A stretch of DNA of 64,000 bases from Paraspadella gotoi (lineage: Eukaryota > Animalia > Chaetognatha): the NCBI GenBank assembly GCA_051294375.1, contig CM119271.1, positions 9,625,308 through 9,689,307 of the forward strand. The letters run 5' to 3'. The notes beneath the pieces were generated by a model, which worked only from the letters and a program-made list of their open reading frames with translations, ran no database searches and had not been told where the DNA came from. Positions 52,081 through 64,000 of the stretch are shown here, piece by piece (the first letter of the stretch is position 1; each line of letters starts with the position of its first letter). The position numbers and the translations under genes are program-made.

Positions 52081-55000
52081 CTCTTCAAGAAAGAATGGTC
52101 CATTTTTCGGTGAGGGTCGGGGGCAAAGGAAGCGGTCTTGTGCTATGTGCTTTCTTTTCCTCCTCTCTACTTCCGTTTAATCGGGGGTAGCGGAACTGCC
52201 TGTCATGATATTATTTTCCTTTCTCTTTTTTTAGTTTTTCTAAACTGCGGTTTTTCAAAGTTTTACGCTATTACACGTTGGGTCCTTTTTCGTCATCTGA
52301 ATTGATCGTGGTAAAATGCTCCGTTTTTGTGTTCACCCATAACTTTCTCTTGTGTATTAGAATACTTCAGCTTCGTCGTACTTAAATAATTGAATCACGT
52401 TGAATCAGTAACTGTTTTTGGCGCATACTGGGAAGGATAATGACACAAAAATGGTTTTGAAGTAGTTGACTATGTACGATGACCATTTATTGACTACTAA
52501 CCAGAGCCACATAGTAGGTCCTGGTAAATTCCCATTTTTTAATTAACCAACAATTTTACTATCTGTCACCACTACCATGACCTCTTTCGGTATTCGGCTT
52601 CACTCAAAAATAGTTTATTACGCAAGATCAAGCATAAATATAGCGAAATCTCGGCCTTGATATGTTCTGCTCGACTTACAGAATGGACATATACGCGTTA
52701 AGAGCCGAGAGAGAAGGGCCTCTCTCTTCTCTCTTCTATCTCTCTCTTTGCTTTCTCTCTTCCTCTCTCTCTCTTCTCTCTCTCTTCTGAATCGTTCCTC
52801 TCTCTCTCTCTATCTCTTCTTCTTCTTCTCTCTCATCTCTGTCTCTTCTCCTTCGCTATATATATATCTCCCTCTATTGCTTTCCACCACCTCTGTCTTC
52901 TTCATGCTCTGAAGCTTCCGGTTGAATTCTGCATTTTCTTTAATTGGGTTGCTCGAAGAAGGTTATCTATTAATAGAAGAAATGCATGAGGAAAGTAGCC
53001 GAGAACGATTCTCAGTGTAATGTCAGTTTGTGCGAAGAATAAAAAATACTATGTAGGGATTTACGATTCTTATTCAATTGTAAAGACAAAATCACCAGTA
53101 GTATAAAATATCCAAGTCAATTTTCACTAATTAATTATATGTCCCCTTACAAAGCAAGGGACTCGTTCTATTAATTTGTTCATCAACATACTCTCTCACA
53201 TATTTCACTCCTGATTATGTCTCAAGAAAGAGTTTTTTTATCGTTTAAATTCTTTGTTTTTTGTTGTTAATTATTTTACCAATCGGGTTGATTTTTTTTT
53301 TTTTCTTTTTTTTTGCTTCTGAGCGCTCTTTCGGCGTGATCTCTTGATCGTTGCGCTCTATTATGGTAAAATCAATTTGTTTTTTTCAGACCTTTTGGCG
53401 GTTGTTGTTCTGGCTTTTTCATTGTCTATGTCATTTCATCCTTTTCCTCTCCATCGGGCTTGTGTTTCTATTAGTCTTGTCTCCTTCTGTTTCTTTGTTT
53501 GAATGCCTGCTACGTTTCCATTTAATTAATTTTTACTCTGTTTCTTTGATTTATTTGTGGGGGTTTATTTGTCTCTCGTGCATTTTCTGTCTCTTCCTTT
53601 AGCTCATGGGACGTGCTTGCTTCCGCCATAGTTATGTCCTTTTTTTTTGCTCTTTTTCCTCTTGTTTGTCCGCTGCTTTGTTTTTTTTTTCCCCCTTCTT
53701 TTTTTTTTGTTTTCGAACGCGCCTGCTCCCTGCTGTTGGGACTGCGACAGGTAATTGCAACGGGTTAATTTTCGTTGCATTTATTTATTCACGGATCATT
53801 TTACGAGTCGACGTTGCTGTATGATATGACGAAGTACAAACTTCGACGACGTCGACTCTACTTTTTGGTCACGTAGATTGACGTAATTGAGAGTATATTA
53901 ATCTTACGATAGGCTATATTTTTATTATTTTCTTCGGAATTTCTTTGCCAACCACAACATTCGCAAAAAGAAAAATATCGAGGAGCGACGAGGACGACGA
54001 CGATGACGGACGCAGACGCCGACGACAGCACCCACAATTTTTAGGTAGTTCAAACATATAATTGTTGGGTGGGACCGAGTTTTCGTTGAGAAAGGCACTG
54101 CGCATCGAAAGAGAAAAGAATTATGAGATGGTACATTCTTTTATTATTATTTTGATGTTGTTTCGCCTTTGTTCACCTCAACTTTCTCTTCACGTCTTAG
54201 GTCTCCTATTTTCCGATAATATTCTAGATGAATCCATTACTATACTGCCGACCAAAATTCTTGTCGCTTGTTCTTCGCGTTGAGTCTTCGTCTATGGTCT
54301 CTTGTATCTTCTTAATTCGTTTATATCGCGGCCTTCTCGCGCTATCCTTTCTCTCGGTTCCGTATTCTTGAAATTTGTTGTCTTTTCCTCTAATGACTAA
54401 CTGTTTTACTGGTGGTAAGTCGCGTTTCACAAACCATGAGGAGGGCTGTTCGCTTCTTTTTCGATTTGGAAAAAGGCTGAAAATATCCTCTGGGCGTTGC
54501 TTGCTTCTCTTTATCTTTTCTTTCTTTTTTTGGTTCGTTTCTTTTTTTCTTTTTCTTTCTCTTCTTTCTTTTCTTATTCTTTCATCTTCTTTCCCTTTCT
54601 TTCTTCTCTCTTTCTTTCTTCTTTCCCTTCCTTTCTCTTTTTCTCTTCTTTTCTTTCACTTTTCTTCTTCCTTCTTGTTCTTTTTTCCCCTTTATTCTTT
54701 TCTTCCTTCTTTTTTAACGCTTCTATCGTATTCCGCCATCTCTCCTCTTTTTATTTGGATTTAAAAAAACTTTCCTTCTTCTAAAATATTATCTTATGTT
54801 GTCCCTCGTTCAATGGGGCGAATCATCAATTTTTGTTTACACACTTTCCGCTTAAGGCAAAATAAATTCTACGAACCAGATCGTGACATTCTAGAATTGT
54901 TTTTTTTCCCTTTCCCGCGCCGTGGAACGACGCCCACGCACTAACGACGATAGAATAACCCGCATATAAGATTGTTCATAGTTTGGGATTCCTGCTTTTC

Positions 55001-58000
55001 TTTCTTCCTCCTCATTTTGTATTTAATTTGTCCTTTTCTTCTTCTTGTTTTTCTTTATCTAATAATCTTTCACTATACTCTATTTGTCTATTTGCGGTGT
55101 TCTCTCGGTCGGCTGTTGAACTGCGAGAATAAACCGGACCATGTGTTCGCGACGTTGAGGATTCAATTGTCAGGACATTGAAGACCATTGGAGACACTGA
55201 TGCTTTTCCATCTTCCTGTGGTTATAGCGTGATGATGTTAAGTAGAATGACCGTAGATCCGTGAGCCATTGTATAACAGAGCAGGACTACCGGTTGGGGA
55301 ACTTGATGAAGGATATGTGGGTTGAATATCTTCCAAGTCTACTGACCGCGAGAACGCTTCCTTCCCTTTTTGGTTCTTTTGTTTGCTTCTTCCTGGTAGG
55401 GTTGTTTTCCCTTCCTCCCTCTCTCTGATTCGCCGTCGTCCTCAGTCGGTCCTGCCCGATTCGGCGTCCCGTAGTCGGGTCGGTCGGTCGTGGTCTGTCT
55501 GATAATTCCGAGTGAATATAAAAAGCCAACGGCCGTCCACTAGGGGTTGTCGATTTGACATCTTTATAATTGAAATTCCACAGCCATGATTGTTTACGGT
55601 ATTCCTCATTTGATAATATTGCATTGTCATATCGACTAAATGTATATATCATAGATGAATAATAATAATCATGATTGCATCTTCCAAATTCGAGGATGAA
55701 CTTATTCGATGAGTCACCTCTCTCTCCAGAGAACGCCAACTCGCACACAAAGTAAGAAAGAACATTGGTCCCCTTCTTTTTACGACGTGGGGATCAAAAT
55801 CTTCCGCGGGACCAACTGCCGACGACGCACGACGACAGGCTCGACGTTTGTCTCGTTGATCGACGAATGACCACGGTACGACTGGCTGCCGAAAGAAGAA
55901 GTACTCACCGAAGGTGTAATTTTGGCAATATACCTGCGACGTGCTTATCCCTTCCCCTCGTCCACTTCATGGTAACTTCTCTTTTTGGTTTCTCTTTTTT
56001 AATAAATTATCACAATTTCCTTTTTCTACCTACCATCGGTGCGCTTTTCCTGCATTCTCTCATCCATCCTCTCTCTCCTCGCCGTCTTCTCGTCCCCTCT
56101 CGTCCCTCTCTCTCTCCTCTCTCTCTCTCTCTGCTCTCTCTTTCTCTCCTCATGCTCGTACTCTCTGTTCTCTTAGATCTCTCGAATCCTTCTCTCAACA
56201 TGTGTATTTCACTTCCTTTCTTTTAGTTTAAATCGCTCGTCAATCATCTCATCTCTCGCTCGTCGCCGTATCCACCTGCTTTCCAGTCCATTAAACAGAG
56301 GTAGAGGGGTGTATATTCAAAAAATTTGAGAACGTTCTATATCGCCGTGTATTTGCTATATATAAGAGTTGATTGAATTTCTTATTTTTCTCTAAAGGAG
56401 GTATAGACGAAGGGAGAATGAGAAGAGTGAAGAGAGAAAATTAAACTCTAGTCATCTTCATCAGAAGCCTGGAAAGACATGTTACTACGATAAAATTTTC
56501 TCTCCTCACTAAATTCCCTCGGTCTCTCAAAATAATTACTCTTTTGAAAATCGGAGGTGGTAATAGATAACTCTTTAAAGCTTTCTATCGTCCCACTGCT
56601 CCAGCAATGAACCTTCTTGCGACCACAGCCAGAAATCCGCACGGAAAGTAAACTAGAGAGGTTTCTCTCGTTGCCGGAGAATAATAACACTAGCTTGATT
56701 AGAGCTCGTGTTGTAGTTTATTTCGAAGTCACCATAGAAAACAGTTTCAAGAAGTTATTGCCGCCAGGAAAAATAAAAGTTAAACTGTTACTAGAAATCT
56801 CAATCACACGTTCCCATATAAACTCATCGGGTGAGAATCAGAAACTATCCTCCATAAAAAAGAATCACGTGAAGAAACTAATGGGAGGGTAGCGAAGTCT
56901 ATTTTAGGAGAGATATATGGATGGAAGTGCAGGAGGGCGAATGGGAAAGGATGTTTATATACGCCGGTTGTTTATAATGAATATACTCTCCATCAATTAG
57001 CAAAAGAAATATAAAACTAAAATTCATTCAAATCCCATAATAAATTCCAATGTTAATAGTACGTTATATTATCGACAAGGGGACTAAAAAATATTTAGCA
57101 TCGTATTCATATCAGTCAAATAAATAAGATAATTAAAAATGTTCAAAATTCTAACTTGATTCGAATCACATTCACAAGGAACTATAAAATGCTTCAGTGC
57201 CTCTCCGCTCGGGATTCAGTTGCAGGATTTAATTCCCGAGTCATGTGTTCGATGCAATTAAGGTGGTTTCAATTTATCTAGATGTTTCTCAGTTTCGCCA
57301 GTCTTTTAGCTTCAGATTAAATGAAATATTATTATTTTATCTCGCGTCGCTTGTCATATTTGTTCGCACTGCGAATGAAGCTATCTCTGGTTCTGTACAG
57401 CGCGGTTGCGCGTTCTCGTATAACCGGTCTCTCCATGCCAACTTTCTGTAGGACGAGATGATTACATTGCTCACGGAAGATCTGGGCGGACAACGACGAT
57501 GACTCGCACGACATGACGACGGTAGACGACGGATGACTTTTTATTGCCTTATTTCCCCCCCCCCAAAAAAAAAAGTAATAATTCTCATAGCTAACCTCAC
57601 GAGACTAAATGCAATAACCGTCCGATGTTCAAACCCCTGGGGGGTCGCCATTTTCGCAACTGAACTCGTGACACTTATTGACACTCTGGCCATCACTGTG
57701 CGCTAACTGGAGGCTATCGGTTCTGCCAATTCTTTGCGTAAATTTGATCGTAGGTTTGGTTTCTTAAAAGGCTTGTTTACCTCATCCTGTCGGATCTCTT
57801 GCGTGAGGAATCGAGCCTCCTCTGACCCATCGAACACCACAAAACTCACAGCGCAACAGCGAGCAACGAAAGGTCCGTCAGCTGCGGTCAAGCGAGGTTC
57901 TGGTCACGCATCCTATTTATTTTGGGTCCGCGAACTTGAAAACGAGTCGGGGACGCATGCAAAAATTGAAGGGGTTCTTACTCGTCGCCGTGTACGCTTT

Positions 58001-59107
58001 CAGCATGACAAATGTTTGCAAAACCTATTCTTCGCTTGAGACTTTTTTGTACAATTATCAAGATTCGTTCGAAAGAAATCTTAATTAATGAAAATACAAT
58101 TCCTTTTTTCCCCGTATCTAATTGATTAGTTCCGTCCGTAAGTTCTATTGGTTAAAATGTCATTGACAATATGTCCTTAATATATGCTGGAGTGTGTACT
58201 TTGCAACACGCAGTAGATTATTAATTTGCCATATGAGGAGATGTAGGTTCACTTAATATATTATCGGGCTAGAAAGCAATACCAAAAACAGAACGATGCG
58301 GGACGAACGAGAACGAATGAAGGGACGACAATTTAAGAACGGACCGAAAAAAAGAAAACAATAAATATAATAGCGAAGAACTTAACTCAAAAATTCCCGG
58401 CCTTTTTTTTTCGAGAACGCCCCATTTTATCTCCATGTATTCGGAATTGGGTAATTTTTTGAAGTTTCACAAAATTAGTTTGAAGAGTTTGGTTAGGAAT
58501 TAAGGGTTAACGGCTTAGGCTTAATGATTAAGACTTAAATATTTAGGGTTACATGAATTAAGATAGGTTAGGAGATTTAGAGATTAGGTTAAGGTATCGT
58601 AGTTTATAAGCTTTTAAAAAAATATTAAGGTATACCAAAATAAAATTTTCTGAAAAAAAAAAGAATAAGAAAGGGGCAACTCGTAGAAAAAAAGGAGTTA
58701 GCCACAAGAAAAATACATATGAATCTCAGGTCATGTTTGCCTGCAAATAAAACCAAGAAAGCCTTTCCGGCTTTTCTCTGTTTTCGGAGAGGAACTTTTG
58801 TTTTCCCTATAGTCGAAACCTGATGAGGACCAGGATGATGATGAAATGATGATAGGATGAGGATGATGGATGAGATGATGATGATGATGATGATGAGTCA
58901 GGGATGATGANNNNNNNNNNNNNNNNNNNNNNNNNCATCATCATCATCAACACCTCTGTCACCCTTCCCTCCCAAACTTAGTCCCTCTATCGACATCGGC
59001 GCAACTCCTCGATTCCTCCTGATTTAACTGCGTCTATAAAATCGCGGATTCTTTCTTAGCTTCTTTATTAGCTCTAGACTCTCTCTCTCTCTCTCTCTCT
59101 CTTCTTC

Positions 59108-60191
59108 TTAATCAAGTGAAAAACTCAATAATATAAGACGTTTTTCAGAGGCTTGTCTCTGTCTGCTGTTTTCTGTCGTCTGTCTGTTCTGTTGGCTGGT
59201 CTGTCTGGGTTATTGACCAGCACCAGGTCAGGTTTTTTTGAGCCAAAGAAATAAAGAATAAAAGAACAATGCAGCCAATGCAATGCAACTCGGTTAGCCC
59301 CACCCGGTTGGCGACTGAAGATCTCACGTTTATAGACGGGGTGAACTTAAAGCAATGCCCGACTAAGACCCAACATTATTTGTTCACGCTCGTCCTTGCC
59401 ACGCTCCCTTCCTTCCACGCCCTCTCCTGGCCACGTCCCCTCTTTGCCCACGCCCCCATTCCTTGCCACGCCCCCTCCTTTGCCACGCCCCCTTCCTTGA
59501 CACGACCAACGCTACTCAGGGAACTCCGAAATTGCGGACGCGGTTTGGCAGTCGACGCCGAAAATTCACTCCGAGGGGAAAGTGTAAATGGGGCTACACG
59601 AAAATTCCATCAAAGTATCGAAAACTACAGGAGAGGGTACTAAAGTGAGCGGGATTGATTGATTGATTGATTTTATTGATTGATTGATTGATGATTGATT
59701 TGATTTGATTTGATTATAATCGATGCATGAATTATTGGGGATGATAATGATAATGATTTGATGATGATGATGATGATGATGATGATTGATAATTAAATTG
59801 ATGATTTATGATGATATATCCATTGCTGAATGATTGCTAGCGATTAGTGATGAAGAATGATAACGGTTTAAGAAATTGAATTAACCGATTTATATAACAA
59901 GCAAATTAAAAACAACAAAAAGTTATGCAAACACGAAACAACAGCGAACCGCAACAAAAACAAGTTTCCTGATTTGTTTTCCCTTCAGGACTACGTGACC
60001 GGACACGGACAGCTTCAGTTCGAGATCGATTTTCGTCCCCGAAGAATTCAGTCCTTGGTTTTAAAATCCAAGAGAGTTGAAAGTGTTTACGTGAAAGGAG
60101 TTCGTTTTTGAAATGAAAGACCTTTTGAAACTAAAAGCTTAAGAAATTAAACGGAAGTCTCTTATTGAATACGATATATTCATATTTTGAA
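59108..60191 (+). repeat. Error-rich direct duplicate of 32521-33541 (last two exons of the BTB-MATH gene)
   Basis: Colinear match including FTPRGKCKWGYTK and the GACTACGTGACC..TTCGAGATCGAT exon, with many 1-nt indels. Confidence 0.9.
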
Positions 60192-60249
60192 GAAATTAAA
60201 ACAATTAAGCTACCTCGATTTATACTAACGTATTCAAAACAAAAAAGTC

Positions 60250-61213
60250 CACGCTATGCTCCCTGACAATTTTTTCGTTTCAAAAAACAAAAGGCGCTGG
60301 AATACTGGGCTTTGGTTGAACAAAAAAAAAAAATTTTTTTTGTTGTAAAAGCCTGTGAAATTTATCGATATAAAAGCTGAAGGCGGGAGAATCAATTGAT
60401 TATCGTTTTTAAACGGAAAGAATTTCATTCAACGATAACTAATTCAGATAGAAGAGCGGATGGACGCGACAAATCTCACGAATCACGTTGATAAATTGTG
60501 ACGCCCGTCGGTCCTCGCCTTGACCCATTTTTATTATTTATTCTTATTGGCTTTTTTTTTTATGACGGCAAAATGTTGGTGAAAATAGAACCGGCACGTT
60601 TGACCGTTGCACCGCATGACTCAATTTGTACTCATAGTATATTACTCACGAGAGGCATTGTAGGCTTATTTTTTTACTTCTCTGTCCGGAATTATGAGCT
60701 TTCGACCGTTAATGGAGTGTTGGAAAACTAAAATCGAAATGAGGTGGAAGTCGTGACGGAAATCGAGTCGCGCAGCTGCAAAATTTATTTCTCTTTCACG
60801 ATTCTCTTTTTTTTTCTAATTTCTTTCGCTTTTTAACGAGCCGGCGCTTGATTTTCATCAGACCGTTCCGCGTTTTAAGGACTCGAGATTCTTTTCTCGT
60901 AAAATCCGGAAGGCGAGAATAGGGGGGGAAGAGAGAGAAAAGGAGCAAGGGGCTGGAAGAAATGTATGAAAGAATTTTATTAAAGTTACAGCGGTCTCAT
61001 TTGAGAGAGAGAGAGAGAGGAGCACGAGAGAGAGAGAGAGAGAGAGAGAGGAGAGGAGAGAGAGAGAGAGAGAGAGAGAGATAAGAGAGAGAACATGTAA
61101 TCGGAGTTTTAACAGTACAGTGATCTCGGGTATTAAAATCTAGGACGAAGGTCACGATGTCTGAGTACAGGAAAATGAATCTCATGTGCTGCGTAAATAC
61201 GCCGGCAAGCTGT

Positions 61214-61262
<49 letters not shown>

Positions 61263-62789
61263 GATGAGCGAGAAGAGAGAGAGAGAGAAGAGGAGACTGA
61301 GAGAGAGAGGCCGAGTCATTTCGAGGGGCGACGGTTTGTCTTGAGTCTGGTTCGATGACGATGAGAGGAGAATGCCCCGGCGTTCGAAGGCGGCGGCGCT
61401 CGGCGGCGCGGCGGCGGCGGCCGCGGCGGCAGGCGGCGCGCGGCGGCGGCGGCGGCGGCGGCGACGTAAGGAGCGGTAAAAAGAAATAACGGAAAAAGGT
61501 TGGTGTCAGGTGAGGTTCAGATTCGTACACGTTTGTGGTTGAAAATATACATATCTATCTTAAAACATACAAACGCGGTTCAGATAAAAGCTCCGGGCGT
61601 TTTATTAATCCATCCGGAACACCAACGGATTCTTCAAGACTGACTGTGCCGAATGGAGAATGACTGTGCTGGGACGTGTGAGAATGTGAGATGGCCATAC
61701 TGCTTGGTCCGGCTATGTTATTTCTTGGGCCTGACCCACCTCAGCCCGTCCAAAGTCTCAGGGGCTCAAAAAAAAAATCTTATATTGGAAGTGAAGGATA
61801 ATTTTTAGGGTTTCTCGTACCAATGTTAATTGAAAAATAGTAAAGCCTTGGGGTGGGAAAGTGAGAGAAAGAATTTTGATGATGATGCTACAAGTTTAGG
61901 GGTTGGTCGCGACGATGACTGATGAGTGAATACTGAATAGTGATCGCAGTGACTTAAAGAGGCCTTTCACCAATTCACAGCGGGGGTTCCTGTGAAATGA
62001 TGTTTTCTACTACAATTTTGGCGGTTTTTTTTTACTCCGGATTACTGTGAATTTTTAAAGAAAAAAAGAGAAAGAAAATAAAAAAAGGATAAGAAAGAAG
62101 AGTAGATAAAAAGGGGCAAAATCTAAAAAAAAAGAAAGAAAAAAAGAAAGAAAGAAGAAAGAAAGGAGGAGAAAGAAAGAAAAGAAAGAAGAAGAAAGAA
62201 AGAAAAGAAAGAAAAAGAACAGGAAGAAGAAGAGAAGAGAGAAGGGAAACAAGAAAAGAGAAACATGGAAGAAAAGATTAAAAGGAAAGAAAGAAAGAAG
62301 AAAGATCATCGAGTATCTAATTTTTCAATTTTTTAAATCCAAGAATTCGAAGTTAAAAAACCTTCTGCTTCGAGAGTCGGGGGGATTCCGGCCGCGACGC
62401 CCCCTACCTCCCCTGCCGTACCTGCCGCCCCCTGTCGGCCCCTGCCGACAGCTCTGACCGCCCGGGCGGAGGGTTCGATTCGCTGAGCAATAAAAGTCAG
62501 TCCTTCGATGTTCATCTTTGCGCGCCAAGGAGGGAATAACAAAAACGACAACGACTACGGGAAACAAATTTTCCTTAAAAAACATGAAAATTTAATCATG
62601 TTTTTTGTTTTTTTTTGTTTTTTTTAACTTTTCACGGGCCGCGGAATCACAAAGAGAAACGGAACCCACGTGAAGAGAGAAGAACGCCCTGGTGGAGTAA
62701 TCGATGTGCGACTCCTTGAACGGGAGGAGGAAATCCGTTATATATTTCACGGGGATTTTTATCAACCTGCATCGCGGGAGGAAGAAAGA

Positions 62790-62829
<40 letters not shown>

Positions 62830-64000
62830 AAACGAACAACGTGAAAGACGTTCTTCACGGTTTTCCGACGACGACGACGACGACGACGACGATTGTCGGA
62901 CGCAAGTCACGTGAAAAATAAACATGACAAAAAAGTGAGGAAGATTGGAAAGGAGGTGTGAAGTGGGTGGGTGCAGAGAGCTAAGTGAAGTGGGCCAGTG
63001 AAGTGGAGAATGAAAGTTGAGTAAGGGATGGTGATGAATGAAGTGGCGTCAGCGAAGTGAGTGAATGAAATCGTAGGCTAATTGAAGGAGGTAAGTGAAA
63101 TGTTAGCAGAGTGAAGACACGAAACAAAAACGGTGAGAAGATGGAAGTGGAAGAGATGCACTCTTTCATTAAACATTAGAGGAGATATGTTAAGTTTAAA
63201 ACATATTTAGATTTGGCTTTATTAATATCACGTTATATAACTTTAGTTTACGCCAAGCAAATTTCTCGAAAACATTTTCGAAATAGATCTAAAAATTATC
63301 TAAAAAATATTTGGAAAAAAAATATTCAGTCGACATAACCACAGCAGACCTGAAGAGATGACCCTAATGAATGTTGAAGTTAATTAACATTTTTATTTCT
63401 GAAAGAGAGTGTTTATTTGTTTTTCTAAAGTTACTATTGTACATACGTAAATCTAACACCCACATTTTTTTTCGTCGTATTGTTTCGTTTTCCAGGAAAT
63501 CTCAAGTTCTAATTTCCGTCCCGTTATCCTCGTCCAATCGTCCTTCTTCCTTTACAGATTGATCGGGTTTTTTTTGTTGACGTAAATTTTAAACTCACAC
63601 TTCCTAGTTCGTGAAGATCCGGGCTTCTCGGCAGCTGGAAGCCGGAGGCCGCAGCCGCAGCCGAGCCGCGACCGCAGCTGGAAGCCGCGACCTGGGAGCC
63701 GGAGCGAGAGAAGACGAGCCACTGTGAAGTCGAGATCGAGAGAACATCCGCCAATTGGTGAAGGAAGAGGAGGAGGAGGATGAGGAGGAGGAGGAGGAAG
63801 AACGAGGCTCTCGACTGCCAAACGAATTCGACGGAGGAATCAGCTGATGAAACGAAAGCAGCGTCGACGTGTTGACGAGGCAGTTCGTCGTCGTCGTCGT
63901 CTTCGTCGTCGTCTTCGTTCGTCGTCCTTGACGTCGTCCTTGACGTCGTCGAAGTCATCCTTATTGTCGTCCGTCCTCGAACGTCGTCGAGGTCATCCTT
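60250..64000 (-). CDS. Unidentified multi-exon protein-coding gene (partial; error-rich), convergent with the BTB-MATH gene; includes an Asp/Ser-rich low-complexity exon
   Basis: GC-rich blocks bounded by AG/GT on the - strand. ~62631-62765 reads LIKIPVKYITDFLLPFKESHIDYSTRAFFSLHVGSVSLCDSAAREK. 63598-64000 has poly-D, poly-S/P and WRMSLDLDFTVAR, and ends in a GTGAGT donor. Further blocks at ~62360-62575, ~63250-63365, ~63465-63550, ~61900-61990 and ~61120-61210. Frames cannot be joined reliably because of indels. Upstream part is seen at 51044-51800. Confidence 0.5.

Noticed and set aside
52100-58900. Scattered ORFs (e.g. 55287-55748, 56617-56892, 57734-58039)
   Set aside because: No recognisable domains or splice structure. 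The region looks like degraded read extension leading into a gap.

Overview
Intron-rich, microsatellite-rich animal (invertebrate-like) genomic DNA from a draft assembly with noisy long-read segments. There is no prokaryotic, rRNA or CRISPR signal. Two genes can be spliced together by hand on the + strand. (1) An intact 8-exon PICK1 (PDZ-BAR-acidic tail, ~495 aa; 9541-13805). (2) A 16-exon gene of ~618 aa (14717-33421) with an architecture I do not recognise, BTB-BACK-UBL-UBL-MATH, which looks like a Cullin-3 adaptor carrying ubiquitin-like domains. This second gene is the most interesting item in the window. Its 9.4-kb intron 2 holds Helentron/DINE-1-like elements, a 1.7-kb foldback element with telomere-like hexamers, a hairpin and a possible nested ORF. 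Bases 1-12770 form a large palindrome that includes a frameshifted inverted PICK1 copy, probably a fold-back artefact. Bases 33570-59100 are largely redundant, error-rich copies of 59100-64000 plus ~6 kb of random-looking sequence, probably gap-filling artefacts. A third, unidentified multi-exon gene lies on the - strand at ~60250-64000. All domain calls come from recalled motifs, not from database searches.
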